Shown here piece by piece: positions 26,885 to 40,700 of a stretch of 64,000 nucleotides of DNA (positions are counted from its first letter, which is position 1; each line of letters starts with the position of its first letter). Origin of the DNA: Leptogorgia sarmentosa (lineage: Eukaryota); assembly GCA_964658305.1 (NCBI GenBank), contig OZ210885.1, positions 434,001 through 498,000 on the forward strand. The letters run 5' to 3'. The notes below the pieces were generated by a model. That model made no database searches. It was not told where the DNA came from and saw nothing but the letters and a program-made list of their open reading frames with translations. The position numbers were made by a program, and so were the translations under genes.

Positions 26885-29013
26885 ATGGCTCCCCCTGACT
26901 CTGGCAATCAGCGCCAGCTACTACGCCAGAGACAAATGAGCACAGATGAGGTTATGGTGGAAACACCGGATATTGTGACGTTTTTCATTGCCAATCGTGT
27001 TGAGGCGCAAGGACACACCGTACCTGAAGAAATGAGAGCTGTCACAGTCAATGATGAAGTCGCTTCATGCTTGCGACAGGTTGGTAAGCTAGGAAGTTAT
27101 TTGTGTAGAAAATACATAGCAACATTTTTAAATTTAAAATGACACTCTTACAGAACATGTATTTAGATGATTGCATTTAACATTGTCTGTCAGTTACACC
27201 GTTACAAGATATGCGTGGATTCAAAATTCCACTTCCAGTGACATTTAGCCAATCGCATTCATTTGTGAACGTTACACGGGACGATTTTCTACCACGCAAT
27301 GCAAATGAAGTTGCAGGAGATTTGATTGGCTTGGCGATCCATTGTCGTGCGAATTGTCGTTAAAAATCATTCCGTGTAACATCAGCTTAAGTGGTGTGGA
27401 AATATACATGAAAGCCGTATGACAACACTGTTCGTAAACCGGTGTGGCCAATTTTTGTCCATTTTTTATTTTTCAACACATGCAGAAGAGCATTTTTAGA
27501 AACACAATATCCTTCGAAAGTGGTTTCCGATAAAACAAGAACGGCTTTATTAGATGTCTTACAATTAAATTATTTTCCATATTGTTTTCTTTATGTGTAG
27601 GTTGGTGATGATTTGGAGAGTAATTATTGTCTGAACAACCTGATCAGTCAGATCAAAGTCACACCGCAAACTGCGTTCAACACATTTGCCGAGGTGGCAA
27701 CACAGATTTTCTCTGATGGCGTGTACAACTGGGGACGAATAGTAACACTACTGTATTTTGGCTTTAAACTCGCATCGTCTGTCATCAGTCAAGTGCCGTT
27801 AATCAAGCTTGTTGTTGATTGGGTCGTCAGGTTTGTCAAAGAAAGATTAGTCAACTGGATTGCACAGCAAGGAGGATGGGTGCGTATTTTTACAGCTATA
27901 TTGTCTTATTTACCTAAGTTCCAAGAGCTCTTGTAGTAGAGCATTTCTACGGTCAGTTGCTTTGTATTTCTGTATGTCATTTCTCATCATCTAACTCTTG
28001 TGATCCAGGTGCAATCTCTAAACAAGCTTTTGGGGTATTTTGTTTTCAATTTTAGGTTAATTAAAGGTTGTTAACAACCAACCCTTGAAATATGTATTGA
28101 TTCATACATGGTGAAATTTTATGCGCAAAGTAAAAACAAATTATTCTCGCGAACCACTTAGCCGTGTATCAGTATTAGAATATGTTGTTGTTTGCAGCAA
28201 CATGTATAAACAACAGATTTAACTGAAACTATAGAACTAAGGTTGTCCTCTAAAGGTCTTTGCTCAAATTTCAAAAACTTGGAACTTCAAGCTCCACTGT
28301 GTTCGTCATGTATATTCCTTATTTACAAACAACCTTTGACTTGGGAAATTTGTTGAAGTTCCCCGATAGAGGATGATGATAAAGATTTTCTGCGGCAAAG
28401 TATATGAGCAAAAGAGACTCCTTGCAATGCTGTTCGTTCGGTGTGTGACACCCCCCCCCAATTTTTTTGAAAATGGTCGGTAAATGAATTGCGGTCGGTT
28501 TTGAAGCCAAAGCGGTCGGTAAATTTTCAATTGATGTCATTAAATCACAGAGAGAGCAGAAAAGTAAAATATGTAAAAGTATATGTCTGTTGTCTATGTC
28601 CGTGTGCGATTAGTTCGCAAGCTGTGGTTGTACAACATCTAAGACCTCTAGACTCTATTCTGAGTGTTAAAGCTTTGGTTAACACTCTGAAATGGCCGTT
28701 TCCGGCGATCTAGAGGCTCTAAATTCACAAAATTTTCTCGCTCGACGCCAACCATGGTGGCGTCTCGTGAAACTCGCCCTCCTCACCAAATAATCCGACC
28801 TTTCGTGTCCAAACCTATTTAGGTCGGTAAACTACGCCACTGTGTATAATCCAGGCGTATTTTAAATATGTATTTTGAATTTTATATCAATAGAGCGCGA
28901 TCAAAGAGTACGTGTCACAAGCAATGACAGCAAGACAAGCATCAAACCTACAACTCGTAGGTGTCGCTTTGGCCGGCCTTGGAATCTTTCTATATTTGAA
29001 CGGTCGAAATTGA
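26885..29013 (+). CDS. Bcl-2 family multidomain protein, Bax-like (197 aa)
   Basis: Exons 26885-27079, 27601-27879 and 28894-29013. BH3 LRQVGDDL, BH1 FSDGVYNWGRIVTL, BH2 WIAQQGGW and C-terminal anchor LVGVALAGLGIFLYL. Confidence 0.93.
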
Positions 29014-29107
29014 GATATTTTTGAGGAAATATTTGACAGTAACAACGGTCCGGATCAAGGCAAGAACAACTTTTTTCCACGAGGCAGACATGTGGTTTGG
29101 ACGTTCA

Positions 29108-29282
29108 TGTAATATTTCATAAACGAGTGCGAGTGTTTTACCATCGGGTTTTGGCTTGAGTGTTTTACATACTCGAGAGAACAATAAAGAAAATCGCGCG
29201 GTGAACAGTCGAGTTAATTCAATTATTCTCAAGTGTTTGGAAACCCCGGTAAAACACGAGTCACAAGTTTATGAAATAACTT
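29108..29282. repeat. Hairpin element downstream of the Bax-like gene
   Basis: tttcataaacgagtg...gtgttttacc pairs with ggtaaaacacgagtcacaagtttatgaaa. Confidence 0.55.
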
Positions 29283-29631
29283 CTCAGGCGAAACAATAGT
29301 CTATTATTGTGGAATTCCCTAATTAGATTGCGCAGTGTTATACAACAAAACGTTTTGCTGAAATTATTGGCATAAATTATGCTATTAGTTAATCGTCTCC
29401 GTGCTGACTTTTGCATAGTTAAATTTAGAATTGTGGTAACAATACAGTTTTCATTGTTCTGGCTGTTTTTATAATTTAGAAATGTTGTAGTGCACTCTTT
29501 TTTCTGTGTAAGCGTTTATTATCTAATTTCTTAATTATTAAATCAATTGTTGGTTTATTACCGGGGTTTCACAACTCATGCACGTGACGAAATGTGTGTT
29601 TTCGATTGGTGTATTTCATGAGAATTATTAA

Positions 29632-30153
29632 TAATTCAAACATATCTAACAAACCGAAGCGCACCCCGGCCGTTGTTGCTCTTTGTTGCAAGACCTGTGT
29701 ATTTCAATTTTTGTACGATATTGCTTGTAAAAACAATTTTTCTCATTTTATTCACGAATCAAAACAATAACCACATTTCGATGTATATAGTTATAGTTAA
29801 ATGACTGTTAACGAGTGTTTCGTTCCGAAGTTATAGGCAAAAATGTCTCCACATTCGCTAACGTCACGCGTACGTACGAGGTTGCACGCGTACCACAATA
29901 AGACGCAGCATATTTCAGCTTTAAATAGAACGTCCAAGAATACATTCAGTCAAAGTGATATTTAGTCCTTAGTGTTGTTCGTTCCAGGCGTTCGTCGTGC
30001 TTTCAAACTTTTGCGTTCAGTCATGGGGTGGCGGCAACGTTGGTAATTTTTGGAAGGTCCTCATTACTTCTTTGAGGACCACAAACATAAAAGATATTAA
30101 AAACTTTTGAACCATCAACACAATCACAACTGTTCAACCACTTTACTTGGTGA
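29632..30153 (+). repeat. ~520-bp direct repeat, left copy
   Basis: taattcaaacatatctaacaaaccgaagc ... ccactttacttggtga is near-identical to 46974-47497 (roughly ten differences by eye). Confidence 0.95.
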
Positions 30154-31970
30154 GGATTAATAATTACAAAATAATTCAATTTACTATGTTTCAATTTTGA
30201 AAAGCCGAATTTTACAATTGCATTTGAGGGAGATTTAAAACTTTGAACTTGTTTTACAACTCTGCCGGGCCGGAGGATGTTATTGAAACTGAAATCAGAG
30301 AGAAAGAGAGAGGGGGGGAGGGGGGGGGGGGGAGAAGGCAGTATGAGGGCAGAGTTAGAGAGTTTAAGCTTTCCGTTTAAACGACAAACGCCAGGCAGAT
30401 CGACACATTTTTAATGGTAAGGCAGTAAAGTGTAAATGTTCTTGTCATTTTAAATCTTCAATGTTTAATTATTCCTTTGACACGAGGAAGCCAGAGAACT
30501 TGAAACGAAACAGAAAATTTCTCCACCACAGTTATGTTGTCCTCCGCGCGGGGATTCGCCACAAAAAAATTCGCATCGAGAAATTCAAAATTTATGACGT
30601 AATTGCGATGACGTTTTTCAAACTTTTTAAACTTCATTAAAATTCAACAGCCATCGTCAATATTTACGGAACCACTTCTATGGGCCAATTTTTGGTATTC
30701 CAAGGAATTATGGGTACCATTTAGAATTTTGAAAAATGGCCCAAAAGGCTTCAAATTTTCAAGTTAAACTAACCCTAGTTTTGCCGAGCTTTTTAGGTTT
30801 AAATTGCAGAGCCACCTTAACAATAATTTTAGTTAGCATACCACCAAGCAATTACAACACTGGTGGTTTCAAATATTTTTTTGCAAAAAGCTACAATGGG
30901 AAATATCGTGCTAAATCAAGTGCAAGAAAAAATCATACAATAAATTTGGACTCTGACAAGCAAGTGCTCCAAAAGATAATTTGGTTATGGTTACAGATAA
31001 AAAATTTATCGCCTGCATTCCGGAAATTTGCATAAGTAAATAAGGTTTTGCGGCAACTAATCCGGTGTTATGTTTCGTCGCTCGTCGGAGTTTGAAGATT
31101 TTGGGAGCCGGAAGAATTCGTCGTGGCAAACAAGGAGATAGAAATAAAAATATATCTCTTGTTTACCCGAGTTTGGTGGATTTCGAGTACAAAAGAACAT
31201 TTGAACAGGTTTGTGTCCGAAATATTTGTGGTAATTTTAAACTATCTTATCAACAGCTGCAAATCAAATATGATAGTCTATCATACATACATACTACTTT
31301 TATATATTTATTTGCTGCTTCACTCTGGTTTGTCCCGTGAACTAATGTTATGGAACAAAATAAAAATAAAATAGATTTAAACGATACTCGTGGAAAGTAG
31401 GAAGCAGGGTCATACAGATAGTGGCATATCATCCAGACCATAGCATAGGAGATCGAGATGTCTGTTGATCAAAAAGGTCTTTTATTGTCTAGTGACGTGC
31501 TTTTCGATCACTGTAATGTGGTCAAATGCTGTTCAACTAAATGTTTTTTTTGTTTAGTAAACACCTCGATCCAGTATACGACACTAGTTCGATCCCATGT
31601 TGTAGTTCATGAAAGCGCCTCAATGCATGATTGCGAATTTAGATTACGCTATCATTATTTGCATTTTATTGTTCCCCATCGGCCATCAGTTCGGTTCACT
31701 GTGGCACGAATTTAATTGAATAAAGCGATCGGTGATGATGACAGAAATCTTCATCAACTTGTCCGGAGGTTTTTTAAGTCGGAAGAATGAAGAAATTACT
31801 GAGTTAGCTACTGTTATATGGTTTCTGCCCCGGAAAGTGCAAGCAGTTTCTATACAATGCAGCTTTTACTAGAAGACATAATGTTTTACAAATTCCCCAA
31901 GTTTGGTTATTTTTGTATTTTTTTTGTAAATTTTTATTTTATCCATGCAGGTTTCACTTCAATAATCAAG

Positions 31971-34900
31971 ATGACTTGCGTTGTTTTTCTTATTTTTGGG
32001 GGCATAATTATGTGCTGTTTACCAGCATGTGAAGGTAGGAATTGATGTTCCAATTTTTTTTCTTAAACTGCTTGCTTCGTCCACAAGTAAAAAGGCAGTA
32101 ATTTGTAATTATACAAAAACTGCTTCCAATGATAAAGGAATTTGATTGTTGATTAAACGTTCACCCCGGTCATGTATAATGTTTATTAGTAGAATCATAC
32201 TCGTATACTATTGCAAATACTGCAATTTGATTGGCTACTCTACTCGCTATCTATTCCTCGATAGATAGCGAGTAGCAAAATATGTGAATTTTCGTTCAAG
32301 AAAATGTCTTCCGAGACCCGTTTTTAAATTATTTTTTGTAATATTTTCATGTTTGATCTCTGATTCTACTAAAACAATTAGATTACTCGCTCTCGATTTC
32401 TACAAGATGATAGTTGATTCGGGCTTCGCCCTCATCAACTATCACCTCATAGAAATCTCGAGCTCGTAATCTAATTGTTAAATAAACTAGCTGCATGCCT
32501 TCACTTTAAATCGTTGATAAACGGCCATAATTAATGTCTGTAACAATTTTGTCATGCTGTTTAGGAGGCATCGTCTCACCACCTGAAGGGACGATTTATA
32601 CTTTTTTATCTGGATCAACTGGAAATTTAACATGGATATTTGATGATGAAATATCTACCTTGGTTCTTCGAGCTTGGTATTTTACACGTGTTGGTGGGTC
32701 AACACAAGAACTTCTTGCAACAATACATGATGATAATGTTCCTAAAATACGACCAAGCGACTTATCTGGGGTTGAAATAGTTAAACCAGCAACACTGGTT
32801 TTAAGACACGTCAACCAAAGTTACGATGGAAAATATCGGTTTCGAATTATTGGATCTAGTAATCAAGATGTTGATATTAGAGTTTTTATTGCAAGTAAGT
32901 TTTTTAAGCGCGTAAACATGGGCCTTTTGCCATTTATATTATTGATATTGGTTATTAGGTTATTTATAGAGATTCTAGTTGTACGTTTCAAAAAGTTTTT
33001 TTCTGAGATAAACGCTTTTTTAGTTAGGTATATATTATTTGCCATGCATAACAAAAATCTGTGTTTTTTTGGTACAGCCTGTTAACATTTCAGAATATTT
33101 GCCAAAATCATTTAATAGCATGATTGGGCTTAGTCTGTTTAGGGTATAAAACGCTGACAGTATATTCATTGTTACGAACATTACTTTACGTATACTGCAT
33201 GCCTGATTTAGACGTACCATTTAACCGCGCTGAAGAAACATTGCGTCTGTATGTAAATCCCTGGGGCCAGTTGTTCAAAGCTAGGTTAGCGAACAAGCCG
33301 AATCTCATGCGTATATTTAACCACATCTGCTTTTCAACCTTTGATTATACATAAATTTCCATACCTACACTGAAAGACCTTCACTTTTTTTCAGACAGGC
33401 CAACCGTGCCATTGAATTGTACCAATTTTATCACACTAAACGAGGGTGATGACGTCACATGTGAATGTGGTGGTGGAAACCCTCCATTCGATGTGAGCTG
33501 GTATAAAGATGACAAAAAGATTGGTGGAAGTGGAACAGGAACGGAAAATGAAGCATTGACCCTGAAGAATGTTGATGAAACAGCCAGTGGAATTTACATG
33601 TGTTCAGCCCAAATTGATTCAATGTATGAAGATAACAAAACGATCGTAGTACGAGTTAATTGTAAGTATAATTAATACTCAACCATTGATGTCATAACAG
33701 AGTTGTTTGACTGTTCAAATATTGATTTCCTGATTAAATTTTCTGACAAAGTTATAAAACTTCTATAAATATTCAATGTTAACCACAAGAATGTTATTCA
33801 TTCAGTATGCAAAGTTAAAGATATCTGCATGCATAAAAAATCCCTTTTTTCTTCATTAGAAAAGCGTTATTTTACTTCAGCCGGCACAGCTAAAGGTGAA
33901 TTTAAGAAAAGGCTATTTCGTTTGTGGTCATAGCTTTTGGGTGCATGTCACATTCATCAAGGCATCACAAACTCAGGACTTCACGACTTTGCCAAAATAT
34001 CGTTTGCAGGATCATTTTCGGTCATCGCAAGAATCAACGAAGCTCACTTCGAGTATTTCCATCCAAACACAATGGTCGAATGATAACTTTAATTAAATGC
34101 TCGTAGCAAGTTTTAGAAATCCGCCGCTCACGTGCACTAATAAAAATGGCAAAAACATTTTTTTTTGTTATTTGACAGTTAAACCAAGGCAGACATCCAT
34201 TAGGTTCTCACAGAACCCAGTGAAATTAGGTGATTCATTTACCATAAAGTGTGAATCTCGTGGTTTCCCTGAACCAAGTTATGCCATAACTCTGAATGGT
34301 ACAACAACTGTCAGTGCTGAGAAGACGTATACCATACAAAAGGTGATGTGGAATGATACTGGAACATATGAATGCACTGCAACAAATACTCGTGGAAGTG
34401 ATTTGGTTTCTGCCTTATTAGATGTTACAAGTAAGTTAAAAGTCAATGCTTTATAGGTTAATTTCAATGTTTGTCTCTATAGCTATGTGACCGACTCGTC
34501 GAATGTTTTGTCTGAAAACTTTTTTTCTAAGGATTACATCTGGTTCATATACGAATAATTTGTTTTCCTTGGTAAAATAGAACAACAAGGACCAACAACA
34601 CAACCACTAATAGCAAACTCATCATCAGAACCACCAAGCAACAGTACCACGCCCAGTGGGAAAGGTATAATAATTAGATCAGCTAATATGGCCAGTTATG
34701 TTTTTAATACGTGGAGCAGCCAAATCAAAGCCGTTAAATTTTCGACCGTTCAATTCCTATATTCATAACATTTTCCCGCGGAATTATGTCCGATCTACAG
34801 CTTTTTATCAGATAAAAACTGAAATAACCTCATTTCATGAAGTTTGTCTTTGAAACAACAGACGTCAGAGCCGAGAAATTCCAACGACTTCGATTGTACC

Positions 34901-35249
34901 AAATATAGAAGGATCATTTAACATCGTTCATAGTTCCAACGAATTCATTTAATTTTTACTATTGTGGCGACTGGCGATCATTGCAGTGAATTGATTTGTT
35001 GCCAAGGAGGATTTTGTTTTAGCGGACTTGTTCGTTGTTCTATAATTGAGACACGTTTGTAGCTTATCATAAATGCATTACATGTAAAGTATGTCAATAT
35101 TTTCCATTATTTAGCAAGTCGCTAAGGTTTATAATCTATTACTGTGATTTTCAGCAAAAGCAGCTTTTAACCGTGCTGGTGGAAGTGGATGTTACATCGT
35201 CATTTTGTCATTCTTATCTGGAATTATCACTGGAATTTTTCTTCCCTAG
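31971..35249 (+). CDS. Ig-superfamily receptor copy 1, truncated by a stop in the TM exon
   Basis: Phase-1 exons 31971-32034 (signal), 32565-32894 (V-like), 33395-33661 and 34179-34430 (C2/I-set-like), 34581-34664 (S/T/P stalk), and the TM exon from 35155 with an in-frame TAG at 35247-35249. A decayed tail runs to ~35521 (DDDSTYTEL..NNYEI). Confidence 0.85.
32183..32485 (-). repeat. Palindromic interspersed element in Ig intron
   Basis: ttagtagaatca...tgattctactaa plus hairpin aacaattagattac...gggcttcgccc...gtaatctaattgtt. Confidence 0.65.
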
Positions 35250-37787
35250 CTGTATTGCCTTTGTTTTCGTCGTAAATTTAAAAGTAGGAAGACTCAATCA
35301 AATCCAGAACCAAATGCACCTAAAGTTGATTCAACTCATAGTGCTTGATCTGATTAATTAGAGCTTGATCTTACAAAAAATCATCTAATTACGAAGAAGA
35401 CAATCATCAGCAAATCATTCATCGAGAGCTGCAGGACGCAAGTAATGTCGACGTTGGGAATGACGATGACTCCACGTACACAGAGTTAAACACAACCAGA
35501 GATAACAACTATGAAATATAGCTATTCGTATATGTATTGGAATAAAAATTACCTGTTCGGTGTCCGATTCCTCTGTGGCTGTTGGCTATATAGCCTATAG
35601 GATTATGCTGTCAGGGGTTGTTAGTAACTTAGTTGGGGTTTTCGCCAGTTAGACCTTAGGTTTTCATGTATTCGGACAGTTTCCATCTGCATGGTGACTG
35701 ATGAGGAAGAAAATATTCCACAAAATAATCCAAAATGCGAGCCAGAAGACGTTTTGTCAAAAAATCGCCAGGCAATCTGATCTGCCTGCCTATCCGTGGA
35801 ATACTATAGGCTATCAAATTACAACATTTAAAATAGCGCAAAAAAAGTGGAAACCTGTACAAAGGGGTGCAATAATTTTGTGTTTTCTGTGGATGCTTCC
35901 ATGAGGAAGTAACTATAATTAATGCTGCTGTACCAGCGAGTGGACCTACAGGCCACTCCCCCCTGCCAGAATATAAGGTTGAAAATTTGCACAACTCAAA
36001 TGAACTTAGCATGTTTAGCCACTGCCATGCATGCCGAAGTCATATCGGAAATGTTTGGCAGTTACCGTTTCAGACAGTTTCTAGCATTTTTCTTCGTTCT
36101 CGTTTCGTTACGTGCAAGTTCTATATACCATTAATGAAATGATTTTGTACGTATAGATATTGAGTCTGGTACGCTGCAGCTATGGGCTATCAAGTTACAA
36201 GAATTTTTTTGAAGCCGGAAGAGTTTATCGTGACAAACAAGGAAATAGAAATCATAATTTTGTATATTATACCTGTAGGATTTAGTCCTGCTTCCGGTTT
36301 TATTGTATTTAATTTAGTATTGTAATTTATTGTAATATGGAACACTCACGCAGTCATGCGTTCAGTAAATTTCCGAACTATGAAATTTTTTAGTATCTAT
36401 ATCTAAGTCAACGCGATCGGACTGGTTTTCCTCTTCTCGTCTGAACTTATCAACGGAATTTACGTTGCTCTAACAGAGGGAATATCTGTGAGTTATACAT
36501 TTATAGTTAGTCATTTATATTATGCGATTAGTTTATACTGTAGTGTCTTAGATTGTATGTATCTGTTTTAATTTGTTTAGTCGAACCGTATTAAATGATT
36601 GATTTATCTGTATGAGTTCGAAGTTGACCTCAAAGCTGTAGAACAAGAAGACGATTTGTACCTACAATACCCTCTCCTTCTCAATTTGGCGAATACTACT
36701 ATAGTAAAAAAATATAAATAATAAATAAATAAATACTATTATAGCGTAAAAGGTGCCTCAAGTATCAATACTATTTTATCATTGAAAGAGCTATAAACAC
36801 GTTGAATGCCTTTTTTGCTCTCAAACAAGCTATTTACAGTACGTTGTGCAATATTGAATAATTTTATTAAACTCTACTGTTTTAACATGGATATATACAT
36901 ATTTCGTCATACACATGGTGTTGGGTGAAATATTGAATAAGGGATGCATCATGCATGAGAGTTGTTTCTGTTTCATTACTAGAGTTTCATTATTGCGCCA
37001 ATGTAGTCGACTTGATATTTTTCAGGTAGCATGCAATGTTGTCAATATATAGTCGGTGAAATACAAAATTCACACTATAACCTTGAAAAGATAATTACTT
37101 GCGAAGACTGGGAGAAACTGAAATTTGAATAGATAAATAATTAATTATCTGGAACCATGCATGCATGCCGAAATTGTTGGGGAACATTCGCAGCCAAAAG
37201 CCCAAAACATCTTTCGTATATTATTCCGCCAGATGCAAGTTACTATTAATCAAAACTTCGATATAAATACAAATTCTGTAGCTAGCGACCTGGGGTCACG
37301 TTTTGCAGACGATATAACATTACAATTGAAAGCTTTCAGTAGACACCGGAAGAATTCCTCAATGAGAAACATCCAACAAGGAAGTAGAACCAAAATACTG
37401 ACTTCTTGAATTTTGAACTACATAACAGTATAGAGGTACAGTCAATATAAGTATAGTAATCAGATTGTATTTGGGAGATTCCATTCATGTTAATTTTTTT
37501 TATCACTGCAGTAATTGTAGGTTCTGCAATAGACTGCCCCAAACGTAGTGTTGATCGGCAGTTCAGTTCTCGAAACTTTTGAAGCAAGGAAACCGCACGG
37601 AAAGTGCTTCGCTTTGCACCTACATGTAGCCACGACTCATGGTTACATTTAATTTCATCAGGATATTTTACTGTATATAACTTAGTTGAAATTGAACAGG
37701 TTTGGTTCAGATTGGTACAGTAATTGACCTCAAGCCCAAAAATTATTATTCTGTTTCTTTCTCCAGGTTTGACTTCCGTATTTAAAC

Positions 37788-40700
37788 ATGGTTTGGTTTG
37801 CCTTCATGCATTGCGTTTTATTTTTCCTTCATTTTGTCTCGTACCAATGTGAGGGTAAGTTACTATCTCTGGCTTTGTATAGCCATTTACACTGGCCATG
37901 CAATCAGTCGTGATATAGTGAATCATCAATCATCTTGTTAACCGCTTGACATATCAAATTCAAGTAGACGATTATACTTTGACAGGAGAGATCACTTCAC
38001 CACGTGACGGGGAAAAGTATCTTTTTTTATCTGGAGAAACGGCGAAAATAAAATGGGAAATTGATGATATGGTCTCAGCGCTACGATTTCGGATTTGGTC
38101 TTACAAGAGTAGTGAAGGAGCAACTGCACATCGTCTTGCAATGATTTTTGATGATGGTTCCACTGACCGCGGAACCAAGTTGTTCAACTTTACTATAGAA
38201 AGACCTTCAACATTGGTTCTAAACAACGTCAATCAAAGTTATAATGGAATCTACCAGTTTGCCTATACAGCATCTGCAACATTTATATCTGAGGTGGTGG
38301 TTTCCATTGCAAGTAAGTTGTCAATTAACATCGAATTTTCGTCGCTTCGAATGCAACCTGGAATTCATACAATAGTTAATGAGCTAAGTCACCTCATTAT
38401 CCATTGTTTGAATTGCATTCGACGCGACGGAAATTCGACGTCTAAAACAGGCCGGAAAAGGGCACCAACTGTAGAACCAGGTATAGTTTCTATGATTAAA
38501 GGTTGATTATCTCATTTGTGCCTTGCATGGGCAATCAACTGTCAATATTATAAATATAAACTGTCGCAGCTTTACGAAATGTAAATCCCGTCATATAACT
38601 TTATATTTGTTCGATACCTGTTTATTTCATTATTATTCGATCTAAGGTTAAATACAGAAACTTTTATTCGTATAAAGTAATTGTTAACATATACATATCA
38701 ACTGATTATACAAGTTAGCAGAATAAGTTCAGTCATGATTCCATGTTATATATGTACCGAAATAATATTGGGGGCGTCACCAGAAGGGGGACTGCGATGA
38801 TCCCCCTTACAGTTATTTAATTAATAACTAATGTTCAGATTTTGCAGATAATATTGAGTTGGATATCTTGTTGACACTTTACTATTAGCTGAGAACAGCA
38901 AGGTGTCCTTATCAAATATTGAAATATGTACGTCGAGATTAAATTAATCTGTCTAGCTATTCATTTACCAATAGGTATTTGGCAGCCTGTACGACCTTTG
39001 TGTTGGAACAAAAAGTCTGAAAAACTGTCGGTTCTCAAGCTCCTTAAACCGTCAAAGATTTAATACCACATATACTACCAAATTCTCAAATTTAGGTTAA
39101 AGGAATTGGGCTGTTGTAGGGTAGTGCATCATAAAGTTTATCACGAATTTAACCCTATTATTACTATATCAGTGACCATAATTATTTCATTACATTTCAG
39201 AAGCGCCAATTGTAACAATCAACTGTTCCAGTCCTGTCACACGAAATGAAGGTGATAACGTCACATGTGTATGTCGAGGTGTGGGGGGAAACCCTCCAGC
39301 CAATGTAACCTGGTATAAAGATGGCGTTCAGATTATTAAACCAAAAAAGGAAAATAACACATTAACTCTCAGTAACGTTAATGGACGAGCAAGTGGAACA
39401 TACACATGTGTAGCTCGAAGCCACACAATATTAACAGATGAAAAATCAATCGAGATTATTGTTTACTGTAAGGAAAATGAATTGAACTGATGTTAACAGT
39501 GGAAGAATTTTTTATTATAGTATCAATTTTTTAAAAAGTTTATAGATATATTCAAACAGCCTGAATATTCAGGAAAAAGCTTCAATTTGAAAAAAAGTTA
39601 AACCATACCAGTTGTTGTGCAAATCTATATAAAGTATTAAACTATTAATAGTAATAAAGGAGTGAGTATAACGAATTTGTTTCTCTACAGTTGCTGTCCC
39701 GCCTGCTCTGATAAGTTTTGCTTCAAATCCAGAAAGTGTGGAATTTGGTGAATCAGTTGTGATCACATGTGAAGCTATAGCAGTGCCATTACCAAGTTAT
39801 GCCATAATCCATAACAATACTGAGATCGTCAGTACTCACAAGACGTATATTATAAGTCACCTGAACTATGAACATGTTGGATTATATGAATGTGTTGCAA
39901 CAAATCATCTTGGAAACAGTTCAAAGTTCTTCAGTTTGTCTGCCGCAGGTATAACAATGGCGCCTTTTCTTTTTAGACGAACTTCTCAATTAAGAAATTT
40001 CATTACTAGACATTAGCGCAGTTGGAAAGAGCATCATAAATTTAGTAAAACTGTGAAGTTTGGTTACAAAATATCATAAATACATGCAGTCATTTAAAGT
40101 TTGCTAATTTTGTATACTTTTGTGCTACGCACGGCATCGAAATCTCATCACTTTGCTTTGCGTATAATGCAAAAGTATATACAAAATTCGCAAACTTTAA
40201 AACTATAAAAAGAAACAAATTCAAAAAAATAAAGTCATCTTGCAATTCGAAGTATGACTAAAACAAGACAAACAATTGAAACTGTAAATTTTCGACTTTT
40301 TTCAAATTCATCATTAGATAGAATCAGGGCCGTAGACAGGATTGTTTTTGCATGGGGCAGCAGTGGACCCGTGTTAAAGTCAATTTTGAAATTTGAAGCT
40401 CCAAAAAGGCATTTCCTGCATTTTGAGCGCTGGATTTATACGCGTTTGTGCATTGAAATAAAGTACATCTTTTATACCAGGATCAAACGAAAAAGTAAGT
40501 TCAAATGTTTATAGACTTAAAAATTAAGTCTATAAATTAATTAAGAAGTGACATAAAAATTCCAATGAAATTTTGAAATGAAACATAACTCTTTACATAC
40601 AGCATATGATGCTCTTTCCATTACTTTGGTGATGAATTCTTCCAATTCGAAAGTTCGTCTAAAAGGGGAAAGGTCTATTCTTTCTATGCACATTTCTATT

